This document shows positions 63,868 through 64,000 of a DNA stretch of 64,000 bases, piece by piece. Made by a program: the position numbers and the translations under genes. The stretch's first letter is position 1, and the number at the start of each line of letters is the position of its first letter. The DNA is taken from contig NC_085843.1 of NCBI RefSeq assembly GCF_035594765.1, positions 13,717,955 through 13,781,954 on the forward strand. The letters are read 5' to 3'. This stretch comes from Anolis carolinensis (Eukaryota). Under the pieces are notes generated by a model. It ran no database searches. It saw nothing but the letters and a program-made list of their open reading frames with translations, and was not told the DNA's origin.

Positions 63868-64000
63868 TAAGGTAAAGGTAAAGGTTTTGCCCTGACATTA
63901 AATCTAGTCATGTCCAACTCTGGGGTTGGTGCTCATCTCCATCTCTAACGCAAAGAGTAAGCGTTGTCCATAGACACCTCTAAGGTCGTGTGGCTGGCAT
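63868..64000 (-). mobile_element. Sauria SINE 3' part, cut by the window end
   Basis: aaggtaaaggtaaagg tail and body matching 18551. Confidence 0.85.

Overview
Vertebrate, squamate (Anolis-like) genomic DNA. The window is repeat-rich and appears to lie inside the DLG2 (PSD-93/chapsyn-110) locus on the minus strand. It contains a recognisable alternative first coding exon (MICHCKVACTNNTLSLMFGCK, 20409-20510) and a second candidate first exon (49866-50003). Most of the rest is transposon debris: CR1, L2, RTE-BovB, Vingi, R4/Dong, Penelope, several SINE families and hAT/Tc1/Harbinger MITEs. The most interesting signal is in the LTR elements. (1) Two diverged 1.15-kb solo LTRs (11062-12214 and 13101-14241) each encode an intact 137-aa acidic protein in U3. 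It shows signs of purifying selection and carries DIFAxPSDEE/DSFEGF, a close match to the LEDGF/p75-IBD (TND)-binding motif of JPO2/CDCA7L. The same LTRs also hold conserved hairpins, one with a compensatory base pair. (2) A young full-length Ty3/Gypsy element (41379-46950) has a Tf1/sushi-type self-priming site and no chromodomain. A splice donor at its gag/pol junction and an acceptor just after the pol stop would join Gag in frame to a tail encoded across the PPT into U3. Together these suggest, as an inference, a retrotransposon system in which spliced Gag acquires an LTR-encoded C-terminal module, in one family a possible mimic of a host chromatin-tethering motif. Family and protein comparisons are from recalled knowledge, not database searches.
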